Assembly (NCBI GenBank): GCA_963752255.1
Contig: CAVVXT010000014.1
Span: forward strand, 146,022-210,021
Reading direction: 5' to 3'
DNA from: Nitrososphaeria archaeon
GTDB taxonomy: Archaea; Thermoproteota; Nitrososphaeria; JACIWG01
DNA length: 64,000 bases
Shown here one piece after another: positions 1 through 10,153 of the stretch (position 1 is the stretch's first letter; each line of letters starts with the position of its first letter). Made by a program: the position numbers and the translations under genes. A model generated the notes under the pieces. The model was given only the letters and a program-made list of their open reading frames with translations, was not told the origin of the DNA and did no database searches.

Positions 1-1352
1 ATTTCAGCCCATTTAACGTTAGGTGTCTCCAAGAACACTTCCCTTAGTGCGGAAGGCTGCACATCTTTCAAAGCCTTCTCGAAATCGGACATCGTAACTT
101 GCAGCTTCATCAGCGTTTCATAGTTTAATCTTTCCTCTTCAAGTTTAAGCTCGGGCAGAACCCTTCTAATAGCCTTCATGCCGGCTTCTTTGCAGAGGTA
201 CTCCAGGTCCGCCCCTACAAAACCATGTGTAATAGCGGCGAATCTTTCGATGTCAACATCTTCCGCGAGAGGCATGTTCCTTGAATGGATCTGTAAGATC
301 TCTAACCTTCCCTTCTTGTCAGGAACTTTTAACTCAATTTCCCTATCAAAGCGGCCAGGTCTTCTTAATGCAGGATCAATCGCATTAGGTCTATTCGTTG
401 CTGCTATGACTATAACCTTTCCTCTTGCCTCAAGACCATCCATAAGTGATAAAAGCTGGCTTACTACTCTTCGTTCAACCTCTCCGGTAACTTCTTCACG
501 TTTAGGTGCTATAGAATCGATTTCGTCGATAAAGATTATAGATGGAGCCTTCTCTTTAGCTTCCTTGAATATCTCCCTTAATCTTGCTTCTGATTCGCCG
601 TAATATTTACTCATTATTTCGGGTCCACCAATACTGGCAAAGTTTGCGTTGCTTTCATTTGCAACCGCTTTAGCCAGCAATGTTTTACCTGTTCCCGGTG
701 GGCCAAATAGCAATACACCCTTTGGAGGCTCTATTCCTAGGCGCTCGAAGATTTCAGGATGTCTTAGGGGTAACTCTATCATTTCACGCACTTTCTGTAT
801 TTCATCCTTAAGACCGCCTATGTCTTCGTATGTGATTTGCGGAACACCCTTCAAGGCCTCCCCTCTTTCTGAGATCACAAACTCGGTTCTCTTGGTAATT
901 ACAACAGAATCCACATTTGGAGCAATTGAGATTACGTTGAAGATCAACTTACTGCCAAAATATGGGACCATAATATTGTCTCCTTTTGTAACAGCAAGAC
1001 TCTCAAGAACTTCTGCAAAGTACCTTTTATCTAAAGGAGGATAACCTTCAGGTGGTATAAGAGTGATCTTTTCCGCTGGAAGGGCATTAATTTTCCTTAC
1101 CATGACCGTGTCTCCTAAAGGAACATCTGCGTTATTTCGTGTGATACCATCGATTCTTATGATGTCTTTTCCTTCATCGGATGGGTGCACTGGAAGAACT
1201 TTTGCAACAGTTTTCTTTCTACCTCTAATTTCTATTACGTCACCTGTATGAGTTTGTAGAAGGTCCATAATTGAATAGTCTACCCTAGCTATTCCACGGC
1301 CTACATCGCGTGTATAAGCCTCCATAACCTGAAGTTTTATTAAATCGCTCAT
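1..1352 (-). CDS. cdc48: CDC48/VCP family AAA+ ATPase (5' part; continues beyond left edge)
   Basis: Manual translation from ATG at 1352: [25 protein letters not shown]..., Walker A GPPGTGKT, Walker [34 protein letters not shown] upstream. Absent from the ORF track because no stop lies in the window. Confidence 0.97.
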   Translation of the reverse strand, partial: MSDLIKLQVMEAYTRDVGRGIARVDYSIMDLLQTHTGDVIEIRGRKKTVAKVLPVHPSDEGKDIIRIDGITRNNADVPLGDTVMVRKINALPAEKITLIPPEGYPPLDKRYFAEVLESLAVTKGDNIMVPYFGSKLIFNVISIAPNVDSVVITKRTEFVISERGEALKGVPQITYEDIGGLKDEIQKVREMIELPLRHPEIFERLGIEPPKGVLLFGPPGTGKTLLAKAVANESNANFASIGGPEIMSKYYGESEARLREIFKEAKEKAPSIIFIDEIDSIAPKREEVTGEVERRVVSQLLSLMDGLEARGKVIVIAATNRPNAIDPALRRPGRFDREIELKVPDKKGRLEILQIHSRNMPLAEDVDIERFAAITHGFVGADLEYLCKEAGMKAIRRVLPELKLEEERLNYETLMKLQVTMSDFEKALKDVQPSALREVFLETPNVKWAE

Positions 1353-1369
1353 GTCCGTCACCACTATTA

Positions 1370-1882
1370 CTAAATGATGTTTATATTTGTAAACCCGTCT
1401 TTAAATTCCTTAAGTTTAAATTTTACAGTCAAGATTCCGTTCTTGAATGCACTTAATGCAGAAGACGTCTCCACTTCCGAATCAAGAATTACTTCTGCAT
1501 TATATGATCGATCTTCGTTCTTGGCATCAAGCACCAGTTTATTCGTTGAAGATTTAAGCTGTATTTCTTCCTTTTCAATTCCTGGCAATTCGAAGATAAC
1601 AACGAGCTCCTTCCTTTCCTTATCAATGTACTGATCGTAAAAGGGAGTCCTTACGTCTTTAGATTGCATAAGGCTGTCTCCAAATTTCGTTAACTTCGGC
1701 ATGCCATTATCATTCATCTGTATTGAAAAGCCATAAAATCTTGGTTTATCAAGTTCCTTTACATCCTCACTTCTGAGAAGTATTCTCATCGATTTCTCAA
1801 CGTCCTCCAGAGCGTTATCTATCATCTCTTCCAGTTCTTCAAAGAAGTCTTCATATTTTTTATTGTTGCTTTCCTCTTCCAT
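1370..1882 (-). CDS. hsp20: Archaeal small heat shock protein Hsp20
   Basis: FYGFSI...G.P..KFG motif and alpha-crystallin domain ([20 protein letters not shown]); directly upstream of cdc48. Confidence 0.92.
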   Translation of the reverse strand: MEEESNNKKYEDFFEELEEMIDNALEDVEKSMRILLRSEDVKELDKPRFYGFSIQMNDNGMPKLTKFGDSLMQSKDVRTPFYDQYIDKERKELVVIFELPGIEKEEIQLKSSTNKLVLDAKNEDRSYNAEVILDSEVETSSALSAFKNGILTVKFKLKEFKDGFTNINII

Positions 1883-1893
1883 TTCTTACCACC

Positions 1894-1924
1894 GGTTAAT
1901 TAACCAAAGGTTAACTTTATAAAG
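1894..1924. promoter_or_regulatory. Divergent promoter/operator of hsp20-cdc48 and the ArsR-type regulator
   Basis: Perfect palindrome GGTTAATTAACC (1894-1905), near-palindrome AAAGGTTAACTTT (1906-1918) and symmetric TTTATAAA TATA box (1916-1923) in a ~60 bp intergenic gap. Confidence 0.55.
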
Positions 1925-1943
1925 GTTTCTCTATCATATACTG

Positions 1944-2391
1944 TTGATGGGTAAGGATAGCATCAAACAGCTCTTCCAAATTATCGGAACATACAATAGG
2001 TTCAAAATGTTAGAGATGCTTTGCAAGAAACCATTGACAATGAATGAATTAGCTAAAATGCTTAACATCTCTGTACCGGCAGTTTTAAAAAATCTTACAA
2101 CGTTAGAGGGAATAGAGATTGTAGCCTCCAGAAAATATTGAAGGTACAGAAGGTCGGCCAAGGAAGGTCTATTATCTGACCCAGAAGGTCATTCCAAAGA
2201 TCATTATTGATGACGAAATTGAGGCGATTGAATTCTACAGAGTGAAGCCAAAACCTGGAAAAGAGGAGGTTGTAGATAAAAAAGACCTTGAATTAAGAAA
2301 GACAGTGCTTAAAATAAAGTTGAAAAGATTGGAGAGGAAGAGGTTAAAGATCATTAAAGAACTTGAAAGATTAGATAATGTTAGGATGTAG
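1944..2391 (+). CDS. ArsR/Phr-HSR1-like winged-HTH regulator with C-terminal coiled coil (frameshift near 2133)
   Basis: HTH (RFKMLEML...ELAKMLNISVPAVLKNL). After a shift in the A-run near 2133 it continues NIEGTEGRPRKVYYLT...LERKRLKIIKELERLDNVRM* to TAG 2389-2391. Confidence 0.75.
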
Positions 2392-2434
2392 TTCCCCGAT
2401 CAAGTTTATAAGATAAATCTGAACCAAGGTCCTA

Positions 2435-3235
2435 ATGAATGAAGACTATTTTAGCACCAATGATGACGGATACTTTAGTGAAGGTATCAAAGTACTGCAT
2501 GATTCTATAATAGATTTGGGTAAGACTCTAATTATTGCACCAGAAGGGCTACAGAGTTTTGCAAGCATGAGTCTAACTTTTCACAAGTCTCTTGGAATCT
2601 TAAAAACGGTAACGAAAAATACTCTAGCTTATGTGGTATCGGGTAGTCCTGCTGACACTGTCATACTTGGAATCCATTCCATTTTTGAGCAAAATCTGAT
2701 ATTGTTATCTCAGGAATTAATTATGGAGACAATTGCACATTCCAAGACTGTTCCACGAGCGGTATAGTTGCAGCCGCGATCGAGGGGGCGACAAACAAAA
2801 TACCTAGCATAACTTTCTCAATGGTTGTTCCAGAAACGGCCATTTTCTTTCTTCACTAATGGATTTGAGTTTTGAGAAGTAGGTCCAATTGCTAAAACGA
2901 TAACATCCTAGGTTCTTGAGAAAGGGATTCCTTAGGGTGTTGATCTTTTAAACGTCAATTTTCCACTTCATGTAACCCCCTTCTACGACGACGCCCATAA
3001 CAAAGTTGGCTAAGCGTAAGTACCACGATTACGTTTTCATAAGAAAGGATTCTGGAAGTAGACCATACTTTGGATCTGGGGCAAGAGATTTAGTAAATTC
3101 GAGAAATGGACTGACGCGTAAGCGATACGCTATGCCAAAGCGATTTCAATAACGCCGATAAGCCTCAATTTGACAGCGGAAATCGAAAGAGACAGTCTTA
3201 ACGAACTTGCTAATCCTGTCAAAGAAAAACTTTAA
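2435..3235 (+). pseudogene. surE: 5'/3'-nucleotidase SurE pseudogene
   Basis: TNDDG, SGSPAD, LSGINYG, SGIVAAAIEGA and LLNVNFP motifs spread over several frames, with in-frame TAG and TAA stops. Confidence 0.88.
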
Positions 3236-3251
3236 ACGTTTTAATCAATTC

Positions 3252-3575
3252 TTAGGGTTTGACCTCATCCTTCGAATAGTATTCTACAGATACGACCGCT
3301 GAATCCTTTGAAGACGAAATATAGAGATTTTTTGCGTCCAAAATCACAAAAGAAGATTGTGGAGATTTGATTAAATTAGCTATCGCAATTTCTTTGCCTG
3401 AACGTGTTGTGATAGCGACGGTTATCGAAGAGACCTTAAGAGTTAGACCAGAAAGGGCATCACCATCTCTGAAGACAAGGAAACCGTCTTCTATCCCGAT
3501 AAAGTTCAACTTTACAGGTTGTTCAAAAAGATATTCCGAACTCAATTCATCACACCTTACTTCAGTAACGTTCAT
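3252..3575 (-). CDS. Hypothetical protein
   Basis: 107-aa ATG-initiated ORF with protein-like composition; no motif recognised. Confidence 0.6.
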   Translation of the reverse strand: MNVTEVRCDELSSEYLFEQPVKLNFIGIEDGFLVFRDGDALSGLTLKVSSITVAITTRSGKEIAIANLIKSPQSSFVILDAKNLYISSSKDSAVVSVEYYSKDEVKP

Positions 3576-3605
3576 AACCTTTGCTTTAATATAGTGTTCG
3601 GTAGG

Positions 3606-3893
3606 ATGGTTAGTACACCGTACTATAAAGGAAGAAGCAGAGAATATAAGGTAATGTCAATGCTGAGGGAGGACGGTTGGGTGTGCAGTCGAAGTGCGAT
3701 GTCCCATGGCCCCGTAGACGTCTTTGCCGGAAGAGACGGAAAAACGATCTTAGTGCAGGTAAAGTGTGGCAAAGCGAGGATGGGGAGATTGGAAAAAGAA
3801 GAGCTTGTAAGATGGGCTAAAGCTTTCGGAGCTAAAGCAGAAATATGGTATTTTAGAAACAGAAAAGGTGTTATAAAAGAGAAGTTAAGTTAG
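3606..3893 (+). CDS. Hjc-like Holliday junction resolvase / PD-(D/E)xK nuclease
   Basis: KGRSREY...L...GW...RSA.S.GPVDVFA...ILVQVK pattern; likely start ATG 3606. Confidence 0.75.
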   Translation: MVSTPYYKGRSREYKVMSMLREDGWVCSRSAMSHGPVDVFAGRDGKTILVQVKCGKARMGRLEKEELVRWAKAFGAKAEIWYFRNRKGVIKEKLS

Positions 3894-4159
3894 TATTTTT
3901 TAATATCTTTGAGCTTAACCTCGTAAAACAGAATTAGCAAGCCTAAAAGACCGAACGCGACTGCTAGAAATCCCAAAGCGAACATGAAGTATGGATCGTT
4001 TATCGCCAAAACCTGCAAGTTCATATATTTCATCCTTCTTGTGTCCTAAGATTATATAACCTTTTAAAAGGCATCTTTTTCGCTTAACAAAAACATTCAC
4101 AGGTCCTTCCACAATTCAACAAAAATGTTAAATAGTAACCTTTTACGCAATTACTATTC

Positions 4160-5596
4160 GTGAAAACGCAAAACATAGACTCGGAACTGCCTTCTTATGT
4201 GATTGGACTAGCGGAAAAAGCTGGAGCTGAATATGCTGAAGCACGTCTCCAATCAGACGAGCACATAGTATGCATGCTCAAAAATGGCCAGCAGCAGCCC
4301 ATTGCAATCGGTGAATCTTTGGGACTTGGCATTAGAATCATACTAAATGGTGGACTCGCCTTCTCCGCTACGAATATCCTTGACAGAATTCAAATACGGG
4401 AACTTGTCGAAAACACTGTCAAGAAAGCGAAAGCAACCTCAGAGCTTCTCAAGAATAAGATAAAGTTTAGCAGGGAAAAAAAGTTAAAGAAAAAATGGCA
4501 GGCTGAAGAGAAGGAGAAGCTTGAAGACAGAAACTTTGAAGACATGATTAAAACATTGAAGGATTTAGACGGCATTATTATAGAAAGAAAGGAGTATATC
4601 CCAATGAGATTTATAGAAATGGAAATTTCTTTTGATAGCAAGATCTTTGAAAATTCTCAGGGAGCGCACATAGAAGGGTATGTGCCAAGACTGTATGTCT
4701 CAGGTTTTTTAACAGGAATGAAAGGTGATAAAATGGCTCAGAAGTCAATAGAGTATGGAGGCAGTGGTGGATGGGAGCTACTTGAGAAACTCAAGATTAG
4801 AAATGGATTGGAACACCAAACCAAAGTAATAAAGGACATTATTGACGAAGGCCGTAAGATGGTTCCAGGCAGCTACGATATAATAACCGGTTCAGAAGTC
4901 ACAGGTATAATGGCACATGAGTCCATCGGACACCCCTTTGAAGCTGACAGGATACTTGGGAGAGAGGCCGCGCAAGCGGGCGAGTCCTACTTACAACCGT
5001 CCGACGTCGGGAGAAAAATTGGAAGTGAACAGGCTAATATCAGCGACGATCCTTCTATTCCTAATTCGTACGGCTTCTACCTATATGATGATGAAGGGAT
5101 TGCATCTAGGAAGAGGAAACTCGTTGTAAACGGTGTTGTAAACGAACTTTTACACAATAGAACTACCGCGAGAACGTTCAAGACAAAGAGCAATGGCGCA
5201 GCACGATCGGTTGGGTTCGACAGAGAGCCTATTATACGCATGGCAAATACTTTCGTGGAAGCCGGAGACTATACTTTTGATGAACTCATAAAAGAAGTCA
5301 AACACGGCATCTTCATCAACTCTTTTATGGAATGGAACATCGATGACATAAGGCAGAACCAAAGATATGTGGGGCATGAAGCTTACGCAATAGAAAAGGG
5401 TGAAATAGTGAATCCCCTTGTCAATCCCATTATTGAAGTAGCGACAGAAAGGTTGTGGAGCAGTCTTGATGCTCGCGGAAATAACTTGGATTTTTGGGCC
5501 GCGACCTGCGGTAAAGGAGACCCTTCACAGGGCGCTCCCGTCTGGGCAGGCGGACCCAGCCTAAGGTTTAGGAACATGATGGTGAAAACCAGATGA
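4160..5596 (+). CDS. tldD: TldD metalloprotease subunit
   Basis: HESIGHPFEAD zinc motif, RMANT, CGKGDPSQ. Confidence 0.93.
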   Translation: MKTQNIDSELPSYVIGLAEKAGAEYAEARLQSDEHIVCMLKNGQQQPIAIGESLGLGIRIILNGGLAFSATNILDRIQIRELVENTVKKAKATSELLKNKIKFSREKKLKKKWQAEEKEKLEDRNFEDMIKTLKDLDGIIIERKEYIPMRFIEMEISFDSKIFENSQGAHIEGYVPRLYVSGFLTGMKGDKMAQKSIEYGGSGGWELLEKLKIRNGLEHQTKVIKDIIDEGRKMVPGSYDIITGSEVTGIMAHESIGHPFEADRILGREAAQAGESYLQPSDVGRKIGSEQANISDDPSIPNSYGFYLYDDEGIASRKRKLVVNGVVNELLHNRTTARTFKTKSNGAARSVGFDREPIIRMANTFVEAGDYTFDELIKEVKHGIFINSFMEWNIDDIRQNQRYVGHEAYAIEKGEIVNPLVNPIIEVATERLWSSLDARGNNLDFWAATCGKGDPSQGAPVWAGGPSLRFRNMMVKTR

Positions 5597-6930
5597 GCGT
5601 CGAAATTCTAGATAGGATAATTGAAGCGACGTATTCGAAAGCTCTCGCATTAAAGCCCGACGATATCTCAATTATTTCGGCTTACAGCGAAGAATCGATG
5701 CTGAGGTTCAGCAATAATTCCGTTACGGTGATTGATACACTAAAAGAAGTGGCTGTGTTCCTATATATGGCAAAAGAAGAAAAAAAAGTTGTAGGTGTAA
5801 CATCCACTGTAAATGAATCCAATTTAGACAGTTTTGTCGAGCGACTGTTTTCCAGCATAAAATTCACAGAAAAAAGTGTGGATTACGTTCCTCTTCCAAA
5901 GATTAAATCTATTTCTACTTCAAGGAACTACGATAGTAGAATAGAGAAGTTGGGAGAAAAAATTGCTGACTTGGGTGGTGCGGCAATAAATGCCGCACTC
6001 AGGGAAGGGGCTGAAAGAGTTTCTGGGGTCTTAACGGCGAACACAGAATCGTACAAAATAAAGACTTCAGGAGGAGCGGAAAATTCAGACAAGGTGACCT
6101 CGATATCGATAAACGTAAGAGCTTTTTCAGGCACTAACTCAAGTGGTCACGGGCTTTCTTGTGCTGCTTCACTTCCGAACTTCAACGGAGTTGAAGCGGG
6201 AAGCACCGCTGGTAGATTCGCCAAAGAATCTCAGAAGACCGGCCATTGGGAAGAGGGCGAATATACGCTGATAATGGGGCCTACTGTAACAGCAGATTTC
6301 CTAGAAATAGTGGGTTACTCTTCTTCGGCTTTCCGTGTTGATGCTGGAACCTCTTTCTTAAAGGATTCTTTGGGTAAGAAGATTGCGACCGAGGATTTAA
6401 CGCTCGAAGACTATGGAGCAATTGAAGGAGGACTGGCAGGCAGGTCATTTGACGATGAAGGTGTTCCAACTCAGAGAACGGGCATAATAGACAAGGGAAC
6501 GTTAAGGACTTACCTTCATAATTCGTCTACGGCAAAGAAATACGGTACGAAGACTACTGGAAATGCGGGCATCATCGCTCCTCATCCTTGGAACCTCGTC
6601 GTCACGTCAGGAAAATCTGATTTGGATGAAATGATTCGAGAAACTAAGAAAGGGGTCTATGTTACGAACAACTGGTATACAAGGTACCAGAATTATGTGG
6701 CAGGAGAATATTCAACGCTTCCAAGAGATGCGACTTTTCTTATCGAAAATGGTTCAATAAAGTACGCTATCAATGGCACAAGGATAAGCGACAACGTACC
6801 GAGACAGCTGCTGAACATCAAGGGGATCGGCAAAGAAAGAAAGTGGATTGAATGGTGGGAAGTGGAAACACCGATATTGACACCTACATTGGTTATAGAC
6901 AACGTTGCAATAACTAAAGCACAGCTATAG
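5593..6930 (+). CDS. pmbA: PmbA/TldE subunit
   Basis: RFSNN, FDDEG and TTGNAG motifs, no HExxxH; ATGA overlap with tldD. Confidence 0.9.
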   Translation: MSVEILDRIIEATYSKALALKPDDISIISAYSEESMLRFSNNSVTVIDTLKEVAVFLYMAKEEKKVVGVTSTVNESNLDSFVERLFSSIKFTEKSVDYVPLPKIKSISTSRNYDSRIEKLGEKIADLGGAAINAALREGAERVSGVLTANTESYKIKTSGGAENSDKVTSISINVRAFSGTNSSGHGLSCAASLPNFNGVEAGSTAGRFAKESQKTGHWEEGEYTLIMGPTVTADFLEIVGYSSSAFRVDAGTSFLKDSLGKKIATEDLTLEDYGAIEGGLAGRSFDDEGVPTQRTGIIDKGTLRTYLHNSSTAKKYGTKTTGNAGIIAPHPWNLVVTSGKSDLDEMIRETKKGVYVTNNWYTRYQNYVAGEYSTLPRDATFLIENGSIKYAINGTRISDNVPRQLLNIKGIGKERKWIEWWEVETPILTPTLVIDNVAITKAQL

Positions 6931-6959
6931 TGCATCCCATAGACACCAGAGTTTGGCTG

Positions 6960-8204
6960 CTAGTCTTCGACAATGTGCCTAATGTACATATGAGTCTGAT
7001 GTATTGTTTGCTTCTTTCCCTCGTATGTGCCAGTGTTCAGTAGATAGAATGAGACACCGCAGCTGTAGAGTTTTCTAAAGAAAGCTTCTTCAGCGCTCAG
7101 GTTGTGCTCTGGTGGATACGGGTTATAGAAAGGCTCGTAACCGTACTGCCCCCATTTCTCAGGTGGGCCTGAACCCGGTCGTATTATAAACTTCCCTTCC
7201 TTGAGCACCCTAATCGCTTCATCTATGCCCAGAAGTGTTACAGGCTTTGTGGTGTCATCGCGAGTTAAGAGCAGCACATATTTTACACGACATTCGTTTG
7301 ATAGGTTCTCTTTCCCCTTGGGAACTTCGACGAGGTTTCCTAAGGCGTCTTTTATCATCATAGGAAAACGGTCCCTTGGAAACATAACCCTAGAGTTGGC
7401 ATATGACCAATAACATCTGTCCGCGTTTAGGTCGAAGACGCATTTTCTTTCCCCGTTCATTACAGCTTTATAGCATTCACCTATCTTTTCTCTTTCTATA
7501 GAGTATTGAGCGCATTTGGCTTTCTCGTTCACGATGTTTTCGAGTGGTAAATCGTTGAAGAACTTGGTAAATATTGGGTGATTAAGGGCGATCTCAGACC
7601 TCATATAGAGCCAACTTTCTGTAGCGTAGGCAATGGGATCAGGTTTAAAGAAGACAAAGACATAGTCGTCAGAGTGAACTTTAGCATCTCTTATATTATA
7701 TATTAGTTCATGGAACTGTGAAGTCTTACCCGTGCCTGTTGGTGCGACGATGACGACTCCGTCATAGCCGTGACTGTTAGGTACGCCAACACATGCGCCG
7801 TGAATCGCGTACCCTCCTCTTTTTTCCAACAGACGCGTTGACAAACCCAGTGCGCCAGCGGATTTTGCTGCTCCATAGTATTCACAATTAACTATAAGAA
7901 CCCTGCTTGTTTTAAAATCATAGTAGATGGACGGCTCTAAGTCTTCAACATCATTAATGTCATAGATCCAGCCGTCTATTTTATCTTCCTTTGAACCTGG
8001 AAACCAGTTAAGCTTCCAGTATTCATACACGTGGCTAGAATTTGTCATCAGCTTTATTCTGACACCACATATGTCGGCAACTGCTTCAAAAGGCAGATCT
8101 TTGTGGGTTTTAAGAATTCTATCTATCTCCCCTTTATCCTTTACCTTTGGAGGACGACGGTCGGGATAAGTGAAATAGTTGTTCTTTATCTTAGGGTCCT
8201 GCAT
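6960..8204 (-). CDS. PEP carboxykinase/HPr kinase-like P-loop protein with Cys-rich insert
   Basis: IHGACV, APTGTGKT, VHSDD, NSRVMFP, LLLTRD and YLLNTG occur in the same order as the PEPCK nucleotide-domain motifs. Confidence 0.7.
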   Translation of the reverse strand: MQDPKIKNNYFTYPDRRPPKVKDKGEIDRILKTHKDLPFEAVADICGVRIKLMTNSSHVYEYWKLNWFPGSKEDKIDGWIYDINDVEDLEPSIYYDFKTSRVLIVNCEYYGAAKSAGALGLSTRLLEKRGGYAIHGACVGVPNSHGYDGVVIVAPTGTGKTSQFHELIYNIRDAKVHSDDYVFVFFKPDPIAYATESWLYMRSEIALNHPIFTKFFNDLPLENIVNEKAKCAQYSIEREKIGECYKAVMNGERKCVFDLNADRCYWSYANSRVMFPRDRFPMMIKDALGNLVEVPKGKENLSNECRVKYVLLLTRDDTTKPVTLLGIDEAIRVLKEGKFIIRPGSGPPEKWGQYGYEPFYNPYPPEHNLSAEEAFFRKLYSCGVSFYLLNTGTYEGKKQTIHQTHMYIRHIVED

Positions 8205-8595
8205 CGCAAAAAACCCACTAGACAGCCCTCCTATAAACTTTCAAATGGTGATAGTAGCAAAATGATAGACAAAACGCAATATAGTTTAACTATTTTTGGC
8301 ACTTTAACAATTCTTGATTCCCTTAGAAGTATAGATGCTATTTAACTTGGCACTTCCTTTATTACCTTGTGGATTAAGGAATAAGTCCGGAGAAGAGGCG
8401 GCGATTAAACCTAGCCGACTATGTTGACTGGCGGGGGAAGAAGCTGTCCTAGGATCCCAGTGTTAGATTATTTTTTCAACAAAATTTTAATTATTCATAA
8501 TTTATAAAATAATTATTACTCGAATTACAAAAATATAATTAATATTCGACCAAAAAATATATAAGAAGCATAATTAGGGGTTAAAGGTTAATTAA

Positions 8596-9975
8596 GTGAT
8601 TGGTAGAAAAAATATGTTGAATTTCAAAAACGCCATATGGAAAGAAAACGTTACTAGAGTCATACAGCAAATCGGTGAAAATGAAATAAAATTCGTGAAG
8701 CTTCAGTTCACCGACATTAACGGAATCCTCAAAAATTTGTCGGTTCACTCTAAAGGTATCGAGAGCATGTTCGAAAATGGGCAGTCGTTTGATGGGTCAT
8801 CTATTACCGGATTTAGACCTATAGAAGAATCGGATATGGTGCTCTATCCAGATCCAACAACATTTGCTATCATACCGTGGAGGCCCCAGGAAAAATCCTC
8901 TTGTAGACTTATTTGTGATGTTTATACTCCTGACAATAAGAGATTTGATGCAGATCCAAGATATGTCCTTGAAAGAGCAATTTCTAAATGTAAAGAAGCC
9001 GGCATGACTTTTATCTGTGCACCAGAGCTAGAGTTCTTTCTTCTTAAAGAAAATGAAGGTGAAAACCCCACACCTATAGATCTCGCTGGCTACTTTGACT
9101 ATCACCCAGGTGATTTGACTGATGGTTTACGTAGAGAAATAGCAGATTCAGCTGAACTTTTTGGAATAGAAATTGAGAAATCACATCACGAAGTTGCTCT
9201 AGGACAAAATGAAATCGACTTCAAATACGACGATGCTCTGCAAACAGCTGATAGAACGATAACGATGAAGATGATTACAAAGACCGTTGCCGCAAGAAAC
9301 GGATATCTGGCAACCTATATGCCTAAACCGTTCTTTGGAATAAATGGTTCAGGAATGCACGTGCATCAGAGCTTTTGGGACGGGGGGGTGACAAAAAACC
9401 TCTTCTATTCTGAAGATGAAGGGACAGGATACATTTCTGAGATCGCAAGGTATTTCATAGGAGGACAATTGATGCATGGAAAAGAGATGGCCGCTATTCT
9501 TGCTTCTTGGCCCAATTCTTACAAAAGACTTGTTCCTGGTTACGAGGCGCCGGTGTACCTTGCTTGGGCTTTCAAGAACAGATCCCCCTTAATCAGAGTT
9601 CCTAACTTTGGGGGGAAAAGAAATGCTGCACGCTGTGAAATCAGATGCCCAGACCCTGCAGGCAACCCGTACCTACAATTCGCTGTTCTCTGTATAGCAG
9701 GACTAGAAGGTATAAAGAAGAAAGTGAACCCTGGTGCCCCCACTGAGCTTAACGTATACGAGATGAGCTATGACGAAAGAAAAGCTAAGAAGATCGTCTC
9801 ACTTCCTGAATCCTTGAAAGAAGCCCTTGACCTGATGGAAAGGAGCGAATTCATGGAAGAAGCTCTCGGCGAGACGTTATTCTCAAACTACCTGCAATCA
9901 AAGAGAAAGGAATGGGACTTATATAGAACACAGGTAACCGAATGGGAGATTGATCGATACATCAGAAGACTCTGA
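8596..9975 (+). CDS. glnA: Glutamine synthetase type I
   Basis: FDGSSI, PELEFF, HHEVA, MPKP..GINGSGMHVH, YKRLVPGYEAP, EIRCPD. The true start may be ATG 8614. Confidence 0.97.
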   Translation: MIGRKNMLNFKNAIWKENVTRVIQQIGENEIKFVKLQFTDINGILKNLSVHSKGIESMFENGQSFDGSSITGFRPIEESDMVLYPDPTTFAIIPWRPQEKSSCRLICDVYTPDNKRFDADPRYVLERAISKCKEAGMTFICAPELEFFLLKENEGENPTPIDLAGYFDYHPGDLTDGLRREIADSAELFGIEIEKSHHEVALGQNEIDFKYDDALQTADRTITMKMITKTVAARNGYLATYMPKPFFGINGSGMHVHQSFWDGGVTKNLFYSEDEGTGYISEIARYFIGGQLMHGKEMAAILASWPNSYKRLVPGYEAPVYLAWAFKNRSPLIRVPNFGGKRNAARCEIRCPDPAGNPYLQFAVLCIAGLEGIKKKVNPGAPTELNVYEMSYDERKAKKIVSLPESLKEALDLMERSEFMEEALGETLFSNYLQSKRKEWDLYRTQVTEWEIDRYIRRL

Positions 9976-10153
9976 TGGAAATAAGACTGTTGTAATAATC
10001 TTAGTAGAATCGTTTTCGTCCATTTTGAGCGAAGATGCATGTGTAAAGGAACCCAAAGGGATTAGTTCTCTTAGGTACCGAATGTTAAACTATGCGAGCG
10101 TAGCATCAGTGCGAGGAGAGGCTCCGTCAATCCTCCGGTTGTTGAAACTTAAA

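Noticed and set aside
178-1251. Plus-strand ORFs 178..603, 649..1044 and 1063..1251
   Set aside because: Antisense shadows of cdc48. The same applies to most short Ser/Phe/Leu-rich ORFs opposite real genes across the window.
4160-6930. tldD/pmbA as part of a RiPP (microcin-like) cluster
   Set aside because: No precursor peptide, YcaO or other maturase nearby; TldD/E pairs are common in archaea.
10050-10140. Moderately GC-rich stretch with GGAG/CTCC pairing between glnA and the GATase gene; ORF 9950..10213
   Set aside because: Pairing is short, no RNA family was recognised, and the ORF overlaps both neighbours without motifs.
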